Source: an uncultured Chthonomonadaceae bacterium (GTDB lineage Bacteria > Armatimonadota > Chthonomonadetes > Chthonomonadales > Chthonomonadaceae). From it: 24,962 bases of DNA. Location of the stretch: positions 1-24,962 of the forward strand of contig CAWIEK010000052.1 in NCBI GenBank assembly GCA_963835065.1. The letters run 5' to 3'. Shown one piece after another: positions 16,964-24,962 of this stretch (position 1 is the first letter of the stretch; each line of letters starts with the position of its first letter). The translations under genes were made by a program, and so were the position numbers. The notes under the pieces were generated by a model. The model searched no databases, had not been told where the DNA came from, and saw only the letters and a program-made list of their open reading frames with translations.

Positions 16964-19900
16964 ATGTTTTTCGGGTGTGCGCGTCGGGGCGCAAGCTTTG
17001 CGGTTCTGGCGCTTTTCAATATGCTGCTTCCTGGCGGGGCTTTCGCGCAGGCGGGTTCTCCTTCCAACATCAAGCCTGCTCAGGCCGGAGCCGGGATTAT
17101 GCAAGCCGGAGTCGAGTTTACGCGGGACGTACAGCCGCTGTTGAAGGCGCATTGTTTTCAGTGTCACGGCGGAACGCAGGCGCAGGGCGGGCTGCGGTTG
17201 GAAACGCGGACGTTCAGATGCTGGCGGGCGGCACTTCGGGAACCGCGCTGGTTCCGGGGAACGGCGATAAAAGCCTGTTGCTGACGCGGATTTTGGGACA
17301 TGGCGGCAAGGCGCGGATGCCCCTGGGCTTCGCGCCGTTTACCGCTAGCAGCAAACCGCTGTTATCCGCAACTGGATCAATGGGGGCGCGGTTTGGCCGG
17401 ACAGTAAAAATGTTAAAAAGCACTGGGCGTATGTGGCTCCCGTTCGCCCGCGCGTTCCCAACGTGAAGAACGCGGTTTGGACGCGCAATCCCATTGACCG
17501 CTTCATCCTTGCCCGCCTGGAAAAAGAAGGCGTGTCTCCTGCTCCCGAAGCCGACAAGATTACCCTGCTGCGCCGCGTGACGCTGGACCTGACCGGCCTG
17601 CCGCCCACGACCGGCGAAACCGACGCTTTTCTGGCGGACAAATCCCCGAACGCTTATGAGAAAGTGGTAGACCGCCTGCTTGCCAGCCCGCATTATGGCG
17701 AGCGCATGGCATTGCCCTGGCTGGACGCCGCCCGCTACGCCGACAGCAACGGCTTTCAGCAGGACGGCGACACGTACCAGTACATCTGGCGGGATTGGGT
17801 TGTCCGCGCCTTCAACGCCAACATGCCCTTCGACCGCTTCACCATCGAGCAGCTTGCCGGCGACCTGCTGCCCAATCCTACGGACGACCAGAAGATCGCC
17901 ACAGCCTTCAATCGCTGCCACCTGCTCAACGGCGAGGGCGGCGCGATTGCCGAAGAGCAGCGCAATGTGATTCTATTTGACCGCGTGGACGTGACCGCAA
18001 CCACCTGGCTCGGCGCGACACTGGCCTGCGCCCAGTGCCACGACCACAAATATGATCCGCTCACGCAAAAAGACTACTACTCGTTCATGGCGTATTTCAA
18101 CAACGTGCCGGAATCGGGAACGCCGCCGTTCGGAGGCCAGTACCGCATAGCCGATCCGTGGATGACAGCCGGCACTGACGCGGAAAACGCCAAATTGAAA
18201 GCCTTTGAAGCGCAGTTGGCGAGCGCGAAATCGCAGGCCGACAATTACGAGCGCGAACACGGGCCGGAACTGCAAGCCGCGCAAACCGCATGGGAAGCCA
18301 TCACCATAGCCAATGCCCTCCCCGCTCCAAAACTGGATTCGTGGAGCGTGGTCGGGCCTTTTCCCGCCGATTCGTTCGACGCGGCGTATGATACGGCTTT
18401 CGTTACTGAAAAGCAGACCGAACGGGCGCAAATTTATGCCGAGGGAACCCCAAACGGTAAATTCAAATGGACGCCGCGCCCGGAATGGACGGACGGCAAA
18501 GCGGTTGTGCTGACGGGAGAAAACACGGCCCTCTATTTGTACCGCGTGATTCATGCGCCACAGGCGATGCCCCTGTCTTTGTCGTTCGGCAGCGACGACG
18601 CCATTAAAGTATGGTTCAACGGAAAGCCGATTGTGGCGGATAAGGTCACGCGAGCCGTTGCGCCCGATCAGGAAAAAGTCACGGTCAATTTGCGGGCGGG
18701 AGATAACGTCCTGCTGATGAAGATCGTTAATGGCGGCGGTATCGGCGGCTTTTACTTCAAAGCGCAGGAAACCGGCCTGCCCGCCAACATCGCCACCCTT
18801 CTGAAAACGCCCCCGGCTTCACGCTCCGCAGTAGACGCCAAAACGGTACGCGATTACTTTCTTGCTAACAACCCGCCGGTGGAACTGAAAGCGGCGCGGG
18901 ACAAAGCCGCAAGCGCGCAAAAGGAACTGGACGCTTACCGCATGAGCCTGCCCCGCGTGATGATTATGTCGGACGCGCGCCCGCGCAAAACGCATGTTTT
19001 GCAGCGCGGCAACTACGAAATGCCGGGCGAGGAAGTGACGCCTGCCACGCCCGTCAATCTGTCGCCCCTGCCTGCCGACGCGTCCCCCAACCGGCTCGGC
19101 CTGGCGCAATGGCTGGTCAGCGCCAACAACCCACTCACAAGCCGGGTACAGGTCAACCGTTACTGGCAGATGTTCTTCGGCGTGGGACTGGTGAAAACGT
19201 CGGAGAATCTGGGAACGCAAAGCGACCCGCCCACGCACCCGGAATTGCTGGACTGGCTTGCCGTCGAATTCCGCGAATCGGGCTGGAATGTGAAGCAGAT
19301 GCACCGCCTTATGGTGACGAGCGCCACGTACCGACAAACTTCCAAAACCACGCCCGCCCTGCGGCAGCGCGACCCGGAAAACAAGTTGCTGGCGCGGGCC
19401 GCGCGGTTCCGCCTGCCGTCCCTGATGCTGCGCGACGTAGCCTTAGCCTCCAGTGGCCTGCTCAACGCGCAAATCGGCGGCAAGCCCGTGTACCCCTACC
19501 AGCCGAAAGGCATTTGGGACGGCCTTGCCATCACCAACGAGCGCGATTTCACGTACCCGCAATCCAAAGGCGCGGATTTGTTCCGCCGCAGCCTGTACAC
19601 CTTCTGGCGGCGCACCGTTGCGCCCGCCAATATGTTCGACGCGAGTACGCGCACAACGTGCAAAGTGCGCCTGCCCGTGACCAGTACGCCCCTGTACGCC
19701 CTGACCACGCTCAACGACGTAACCTGGGTGGAAGCGGGACGCGCCCTTGCCGAACACGTCCTCCACGACGTTCCCAACGCTCCCGGCAGTTCCGGCAAGG
19801 GCGCAAACGCCGGTTCCGCCGCCAACAGCGTAAACGTCGGTTCCGCCAATGCCAATGCCGATGCCCGCCTGACGGAAGCGTTCCGCCGCGTGTGCGTCCG

Positions 19901-20108
19901 CCGCCCGCTTCCCGATGAACTGCGCGTCCTGCGCCGCAGTCTGGATCGCGCCCTTGCCGCGTACCGCGCCGATCCTTCTGCCGCCGACGCTTACCTGAAA
20001 GCCGGTGACAGCCCCCGCGATACAACGCTCAACCCCATCGAACACGCCGCGTATGCCAGCGTCTGCCTCGCCATTTACAATTTGGATGAAGCGCTCACAC
20101 GGGAGTAG
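16964..20108 (+). CDS. PSD1/planctomycete cytochrome c protein (PSCyt1 + DUF1549 + beta-sandwich insert + DUF1553), split by two frameshifts near 17210 and 17345
   Basis: Three consecutive frames join into one protein. Signal peptide + VEFTRDVQPLLKAHCFQCHG...GGLRL; then QMLAGGTSG..LVPG..DKSLL..RI...RMP; then IRNWINGGAVWP...HWAY..P, NPIDRFI, LLRRVTLDLTGLPP, YGERMA..WLDAARYADSNG, CAQCHDHKYDP, NPLTSRVQVNRYW, HPELLDWLA, RRSLYTFWRRT and NLDEALTRE*. Confidence 0.88.
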
Positions 20109-20109
20109 G

Positions 20110-20148
20110 AACCTCACCCCGGGCGTCCATTTATGGACACCTTCTCTT
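20110..20148 (+). repeat. possible CCTCACCCC...CCTTCTC-type REP half-element with an inner hairpin
   Basis: AACCTCACCCCGGGC-GTCCATTTATGGAC-ACCTTCTCTT starts 2 bp after the PSD1 stop. Confidence 0.35.
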
Positions 20149-20149
20149 G

Positions 20150-20380
20150 ATTGCTCCTCGTTTGCCGGGTATTTTCAATGCTTGCTGTGGAATGGCCGTA
20201 TCCTGTCTGTTGCCGGGTACTGAAAGTACCCGGCAGGACAAAACAAGCGTCTTTCAGACGTGGGAATCTTGATGTAGAGAATCGCGTCTGTAGGACGCTT
20301 GCACTTTCCTGCCGGGTACTTTCAGTACCCGGTCAGTATTTCACAGCAAGCATTGAAAACACCCGACAGACTGGAACAAT
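20150..20380. mobile_element. ~230-bp nested palindromic element (REPIN/MITE-like, non-autonomous)
   Basis: Outer imperfect IRs of about 43 bp (20150-20193 / 20338-20380, core TTTTCAATGCTTGCTGTG). Inner perfect 26-bp IRs CCGGGTACTGAAAGTACCCGGCAGGA (20213-20238 / 20307-20332), each itself a hairpin. Innermost CAAGCGTCTTTCAGACG / CGTCTGTAGGACGCTTG. Confidence 0.7.
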
Positions 20381-20405
20381 GTGAGCGCCCTGAATTGAAA
20401 CGCAA

Positions 20406-21236
20406 TCAGGTATCAAGGAGCAGGAGGCGCGTCAGGCGGGCGAGGGCGAGGAGGCCGGGGTTGTCTGCCGTCCATTGCACGAGGGGGAGGTTCTGGCAGA
20501 ACAGGGCAAGGGCGTAGCGCCTGCCGTCCGGCGACTCTACCAATCCTACATCGTTGCGCACGGGGTTAACGGCGCCGGTTTTGCCCATGTATTTCCAGTC
20601 TTCGGGCAGCAGGCGGGGAATGGCGTCGCGGTAGAACTGCCCGGCAAGGATATGCAGAATGTCTTTGCTGGTGGCTTCGTCGCCGATCTGCCCCTCGGCA
20701 AGCCGAACCATCAGGGACAGCATCTCATCCGGCGTGGTTACTCCCAATCCGTACAATTTACTGGCTTCCGTGTCCGGCGCGTAGGCTTTGCGGAAGCAGG
20801 TGGTAATGGGCAGGCTGAGCGAACGCATCCGGGCGTTAATGGCATCCGCGCCTACATGCTCAATCACCATGTTCGTGCCGGTGTTGTCGGATACGACAGT
20901 CATCAGGGTACAAACGTCGCGCAGGGACAATTGCAGCCCCGCCGTCATCTGCGTCAGCACTCCCGAACCATCCACTTTCTCCGCTTCGGTCAGCGTCAGG
21001 GGTTCCTCCCACGTCAAACTGCCTTCCCGAACACACAGCGCGACATGAACCAATATCGGCAGCTTGATAACGCTGGCCGTTTTGCACTTATCCCCACTCT
21101 TCCAGCCCACCATATCCCCGGTTTGCAAATCCTTCACGGCAAAATGCAGCGTTCCCCCACACGCCTGTTCCAGTTCCGAAACAAGAGACGCAAGTTCATC
21201 GTTAAAAAAGCGGCTTAAAGGTGATTGGTTGGTCAT
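20406..21236 (-). CDS. class A beta-lactamase-like serine hydrolase (Beta-lactamase2 family), no signal peptide
   Basis: ASVIK (SxxK), VSDN (SDN loop), TTPDEM, GKTG and RNDVG. Confidence 0.85.
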   Translation of the reverse strand: MTNQSPLSRFFNDELASLVSELEQACGGTLHFAVKDLQTGDMVGWKSGDKCKTASVIKLPILVHVALCVREGSLTWEEPLTLTEAEKVDGSGVLTQMTAGLQLSLRDVCTLMTVVSDNTGTNMVIEHVGADAINARMRSLSLPITTCFRKAYAPDTEASKLYGLGVTTPDEMLSLMVRLAEGQIGDEATSKDILHILAGQFYRDAIPRLLPEDWKYMGKTGAVNPVRNDVGLVESPDGRRYALALFCQNLPLVQWTADNPGLLALARLTRLLLLDT

Positions 21237-21303
21237 GGTACTTATAAGGACGGTTATTCGCTACGAAGCGGAGGGACGCTGAAAGTTTGTAGTTCCTGCA
21301 TCC

Positions 21304-21333
21304 CTATCAACTAAGAACTATCAACTATCAACT
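21304..21333. repeat. heptamer tandem repeat CTATCAA x4
   Basis: CTATCAA CTAAGAA CTATCAA CTATCAA, immediately after the stop (21336) of the minus-strand gene. Confidence 0.75.
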
Positions 21334-21335
21334 CT

Positions 21336-22233
21336 TTAACCGCTCACGGCCTTGAAATCGGAGGGACGATCTAAATCGGTGGCGAGTTCGGGGTCTTGAG
21401 AAATGTAAGCATTGGCTTTGCCGCCGAGCAGCCGTCCGATGCGGGCTTCGAGCAGAGGCAGGGTGAGCAGGCCGGGATTGAGTTTTTGCGACAGAACGAG
21501 ACGGCCTACCGTGCCGAAGCCGAGCATGGCGGCGAGTTTGAGCGGGCTTTTGCGCGCGGCATACGCCCCTGCGATGCGGCGTTCCTGCGCGAATAAAAAC
21601 CGGGGGCGCACCAGCGCGAGATTGCCGCCCGTAAATTCTCCCTTCGCTGAGTTTCAGGGCCGTGCGCTTCACACCGGGAAACCGGGCATAACACGCCTGC
21701 ACGGGCACAATCGGCCATACAATGTCGCTGTCATGCGCCTGCGCATACGCCAATCCGCCCCGGGCAAAATCACCGGCAACGCGGCCCGTCATAAACGGCA
21801 GGTCGGACGTGGCTATCAGCACGTATGGCGCGTCGGCAAACTGCGCCAACCCCGCAAACACATTGGCAACGAAATCCCCCGCATCCGGCACACTGATATA
21901 ATCCTTACTCGGCGGCATATCGCCGACAACCGCGAGCGGGCCGAGCGGGAGGTTCTCTTCCCCGCCCGTCAGCAGCGCGTCTACGACATGCCGCAGCAGG
22001 GTCTTGCCGTTGATGGTGACAAGCGCGCGGCTGCTTTGCCCCGTCAGCGTCTGCATATCCGCTTTGGCCTTGCCGCCGGCGAGAATAACGGAAGGCAAGG
22101 ATGAAGGATGAAGGATGAAGGATGAAGGCATTGTTGATTGCCGATTGCCGATTGCCGATTGAGTTCCTTCTGTTCCCTGTTCCCTTTTCCCTGTTCCCTC
22201 TTCTTCTTTTCTCCTTTTCTCCTTTTCTATCAT
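21336..22233 (-). CDS. MobA-like NTP transferase domain protein, frameshifted near 21640, with a repeat-encoded N-terminal extension
   Basis: VILAGG, RALVTINGKTLLRHVVDAL, TSDLPF and FPGVKRT.LKLSEG. After a one-base shift in the G-run (21640-21642) it continues EFTGGNLALVRP...RKSPLKLAAMLG...ELATDLDRPSD. The ATG overlaps the ispE stop (ATGA). Confidence 0.8.
22097..22228. repeat. composite array of four short-repeat families inside the NTP-transferase 5' end
   Basis: AAGGATG x4+ (22097-22128), GATTGCC x3+ (22136-22161), TGTTCCC x4 (22171-22198, one variant unit) and CTTTTCTC x~3 (22206-22228). Confidence 0.85.
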
Positions 22234-23171
22234 AACGTAACCTCCTCCCTTCCCTCTGTCGCTTGCGGATTGGATGTGGCGCGGAGCAGGGTGTGGGCGG
22301 CGTGGGTTTGCGGATATTTTTTGCGGAGCAGGGCGGCGATGCGCTCCGCCTCGGCAGGGGTAGGGACAATACCGTAAAGCGCGGAGCCGCTGCCGCAAAG
22401 CCGCGCGATCAGGCAGCCGGCCATCATCAATTCGTCGTGCAGCCAGGCGAGTTTGGGATAGTGTTCAAAAATGGGCTGTTCAAAATCGTTGCTTTGAAAG
22501 GCGAGAACGCGGTCATGGTCGCCGCTGCGCAGGGCTTCCTCCATGCGCTTGGTGGCGCGGTGCGATTTGCGGTCGGGCTGCGCGTCGAGCGCATTGTACG
22601 CCCAGGCGGTGGAAACGCTTTCTTCCGGTTTCACAACCACAAGGGCAAAGTTCGGGGCATCGGGCAGCGAAGTGAGGTTTTCGCCCCGGCCCCGTGCCGT
22701 CGCCGTGCCGCCCATCAGGAAAAACGGCACGTCGGAACCTAATTGCGCGGCAAGCGGCTTTAAGGGCAGTTCGGCGTCCGTCAGGCCGAACAGGTTTTGA
22801 ACGCCGCGCAGGGCAGTGGCCGCGTCGCTGCTGCCGCCGCCCAACCCCGCCTGCGAGGGAATCCGCTTGATTAAATGAATTTCTGCGCCGCATTCCAGGA
22901 TATGCCCGCTTTCCCGCGCCTTTTCCATAACAAGCAGGGCGGCGCGTACAACGAGATTGGTGGCATCCGTAGGCACGTCGGGCGCGTCCGGCGCGTCACA
23001 GGTAAACCCGATACCGGGCTGTTCCCGGCGCGTAAAATGCAGCGTGTCATGCAGGGAAATCGTCTGCATCACGCTGGCAATATCATGGTAGCCGTCCGCC
23101 CGCTTACTGAACACATCCAGCGTCAGGTTGATCTTTGCATACGCATGGTAAACCAGAGGTAAACTTGACAT
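22230..23171 (-). CDS. ispE: 4-diphosphocytidyl-2-C-methyl-D-erythritol kinase (GHMP kinase, MEP pathway)
   Basis: AKINLTL, DGYHDI, KRIPSQAGLGGGSSDAA, LGSDVPFF, GRGE, NDFE and CGSGS. Start at ATG 23171 (alternative GTG 23183). Confidence 0.95.
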   Translation of the reverse strand: MSSLPLVYHAYAKINLTLDVFSKRADGYHDIASVMQTISLHDTLHFTRREQPGIGFTCDAPDAPDVPTDATNLVVRAALLVMEKARESGHILECGAEIHLIKRIPSQAGLGGGSSDAATALRGVQNLFGLTDAELPLKPLAAQLGSDVPFFLMGGTATARGRGENLTSLPDAPNFALVVVKPEESVSTAWAYNALDAQPDRKSHRATKRMEEALRSGDHDRVLAFQSNDFEQPIFEHYPKLAWLHDELMMAGCLIARLCGSGSALYGIVPTPAEAERIAALLRKKYPQTHAAHTLLRATSNPQATEGREEVTL

Positions 23172-23220
23172 AAGAACAAACACCTATTGCCTTCACGGAC
23201 GTATACGCGCCTGAAAGCAT

Positions 23221-23255
23221 CCTAAAACCCTAAAACCTTAAAACCCTAACACCCT
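23221..23255. repeat. octamer tandem repeat CCTAAAAC x4
   Basis: CCTAAAAC CCTAAAAC CTTAAAAC CCTAACAC CCT, just after the stop (23259) of the upstream minus-strand gene. Confidence 0.75.
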
Positions 23256-23258
23256 GCT

Positions 23259-24689
23259 TTACGGCATTTGAAAGCGCGTCGCGTCGCGTATCGTGTCACT
23301 GGGCGCAAAGGCAAACCAGTGAAACGGTATTTCGATGCTGGAACCGGCGGCAAGCGTGTCGCCGCGCCCCTCGCCCACAGCCTGCGCTCCCAACACAAAC
23401 GTAACCAGGCCATCCGCAAGCGGCAGGCGGCTCCACTTCCACGCGGGGAACGGCGGGTCGGAAGGCCAGGCAACCCCGAACGTGACGCCGCCGTTACGTC
23501 CGGCAGCCAACCGCGCATCATCGGGAATCAGCGCGGCAGGTTCGGGCAGAAGCGAGGGCGAGCCATCGGCGCGGGGAACGGGCAGGGTCTTATCGTCCGA
23601 AACGGTTTGCAGGGCGGGCAGTTGGATTCCCGAAAGGCGCAGAGGCCGCAGGGCGGTAAAATGGACTTTGCCGTTGAGAACGCACGTATCGGGCCGGGAT
23701 TCCAGCGTAATTTCCGCGCGGCAGGCATTACCGACACTGCCCGTCAGCGTGAGTGTGGCGCTGGTTTTATCTTCGCGGGAGCGTACCTGCTGACAGCGAA
23801 ACGTTTGCCACCAGGGCGATTGCCCGTCCTCGCCCACGCACACGCGCAGGGGAACCAGGCTGCCCGCCACGCTGCGCCAACCCGCGCCGTCTTTCACGCC
23901 CAACACCAGCCCGGTTTCCCGCCGCTCACCCATCTGAACCCGCGCGGCCACGCGGCTGTTGAGCAGCAAACTCGTCGCGCCCTGTTCCCCCGCATGTGCC
24001 AGCGTATCTTTTATCACAGGCACATCCCCAAGCGTCAGCGGGCGCGGCAATCGTGGCACGACGGCGAAAGCGAGTTGGGTGTTGGGTGTTCGGTATTCGG
24101 TATTCGGTGTTGGGGTGTTCTGTTCCCTGTTCCCTGTTCCCTGTTCCCTCCCTGCCCCCTGCTCTGCCTTTTCCAGCACGACGCCCGCGACAAGGGCGCT
24201 GCGGCCTTCGGAGGGGGCGAAGCGCCAGCGGTACGCGACGGCCTGGCCGGGAGCGAGGGCGGGAAGAACTGGCAGCAGGTTGCCGTTGGTGTAGTCCAGC
24301 CCGGAAATGGGGTAGCAGCGCAGGCGCAGCAGGTTTTCGGGCAGGGGCGCGCTGCCCATATTGCGCACCACGCACAGCAGCACGGCGTTTTCCGCCCCGA
24401 CAACATACCCCCGTTCCGCCGCAAACGTTTCAATCCGAACGTCGTTGGTGGCGGGTGGCTGGTGGTTGGTGGTTAGGGCAACGGGTATTGGGGGTTGCGC
24501 TGTTGCTGTTCCCTGTTCCCTGTTCCCTGTTCCCTGCCTTTCCTTTTCTCCTTTTCTTTCCGCTCGCGCGAGAACAGCGCCCAGGCTCAGGCAGGCGCAG
24601 GCGGCGAGGGCGGCGACCCGATAGCGTGGGCGGCGGGCGGCGGGGATGGCACAGCAAAGGGCAGAACGTGAAAAGCGGGGCACGGGCAT
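23259..24689 (-). CDS. hypothetical secreted protein (beta-rich; possible CARDB/Ig-like first domain) with repeat-encoded linkers
   Basis: Long ORF with Arg-rich plus hydrophobic signal-like segment (RRPRYRVAALAACACLSLGAVLARA) and an Ig-like VRNMGSAPL...LAPGQAV pattern. Start taken at ATG 24689 (ORF open to 24875), with TATAAT on the minus strand at 24746-24741. Confidence 0.7.
   Translation of the reverse strand: MPVPRFSRSALCCAIPAARRPRYRVAALAACACLSLGAVLARAERKGEKERQGTGNREQGTATAQPPIPVALTTNHQPPATNDVRIETFAAERGYVVGAENAVLLCVVRNMGSAPLPENLLRLRCYPISGLDYTNGNLLPVLPALAPGQAVAYRWRFAPSEGRSALVAGVVLEKAEQGAGREQGTGNREQNTPTPNTEYRTPNTQLAFAVVPRLPRPLTLGDVPVIKDTLAHAGEQGATSLLLNSRVAARVQMGERRETGLVLGVKDGAGWRSVAGSLVPLRVCVGEDGQSPWWQTFRCQQVRSREDKTSATLTLTGSVGNACRAEITLESRPDTCVLNGKVHFTALRPLRLSGIQLPALQTVSDDKTLPVPRADGSPSLLPEPAALIPDDARLAAGRNGGVTFGVAWPSDPPFPAWKWSRLPLADGLVTFVLGAQAVGEGRGDTLAAGSSIEIPFHWFAFAPSDTIRDATRFQMP
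24074..24148. repeat. two adjacent heptamer arrays inside the CDS
   Basis: GTTGGGT/GTTCGGT/ATTCGGT x5-6 (24074-24120) next to TGTTCCC x4 (24121-24148), encoding REQGTGNREQNTPTPNTEYRTPNTQ. Confidence 0.85.
24447..24558. repeat. heptamer/octamer arrays inside the CDS after the signal peptide
   Basis: GGTGGYK x4 (24447-24474), TGTTCCC x4 (24507-24534) and CCTTTTCT x2 (~24542-24557). Confidence 0.85.
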
Positions 24690-24865
24690 CTTCTTTCGCG
24701 GCAAAGTGGTTTCGGGCGTTCCTCGAACGGCACGGCATTGATTATACCCTATACCATTCGCGCAGCCGGAACGCAAAAGCGGGAAGCAGGCACTTTCGCG
24801 CAATTTTGTCTTGACGGCCTTGCATTCAATCAGCCACAATATCTGAATGAGGAAGTTGTTCCCGT

Positions 24866-24962
24866 CTTGAACCATGATTTTTCATGATCTTAATGATTAC
24901 CATGAGGAACGCGCCTCCTAAATCATGCCAATCACATAAATCATGAAAAATCATGGTTCAAG
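24866..24962. repeat. ~97-bp palindromic element built of 9-10-bp ATGAT units
   Basis: Perfect 23-bp IR CTTGAACCATGATTTTTCATGAT (24866-24888) / ATCATGAAAAATCATGGTTCAAG (24940-24962). Four ATGA(T) units on the left arm and four (A)TCA units on the right. Confidence 0.8.

Noticed and set aside
23221..23255. TTTTAGGG telomere-like repeat
   Set aside because: Only four degenerate units, intergenic in a bacterial operon. Better explained as one of the short-repeat families than as eukaryotic contamination.

Overview
GC-rich bacterial window with about 16 protein genes. The taxon may be Armatimonadota or a PVC-like lineage, inferred only from the gene families present. From left to right: (1) a 3'-truncated DUF1592-type planctomycete-style cytochrome c protein (minus strand, missed by the ORF track); (2) a BBE-type FAD oxidase with an upstream SARP/BTAD-AAA-TPR regulator and an 11-bp-period operator-like repeat; (3) a Crp/Fnr regulator divergent from an alpha-oxoamine-synthase (BioF-like) gene and an MFS transporter, with a perfect TTGAT-N4-ATCAA box between them; (4) a GH27 alpha-galactosidase divergent from a formylglycine-generating enzyme and a Cys-type sulfatase; (5) an AT-richer membrane/HEAT-like gene bracketed by a 12-bp direct repeat; (6) a PSCyt1/DUF1549/DUF1553 protein with no adjacent DUF1501 partner; (7) a class A beta-lactamase-like serine hydrolase, a MobA-like NTP transferase, ispE and a secreted hypothetical protein. 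Five apparent frameshifts in four genes look like assembly indels. The most striking unexplained signal is a set of at least seven unrelated 7-8-bp tandem-repeat families. Most tracts have about four units, are ordered purine/G-rich then C-rich on the coding strand, and sit in-frame in protein linkers or just after stop codons. Several REP/MITE-like palindromic elements are also present, with no transposase in the window.
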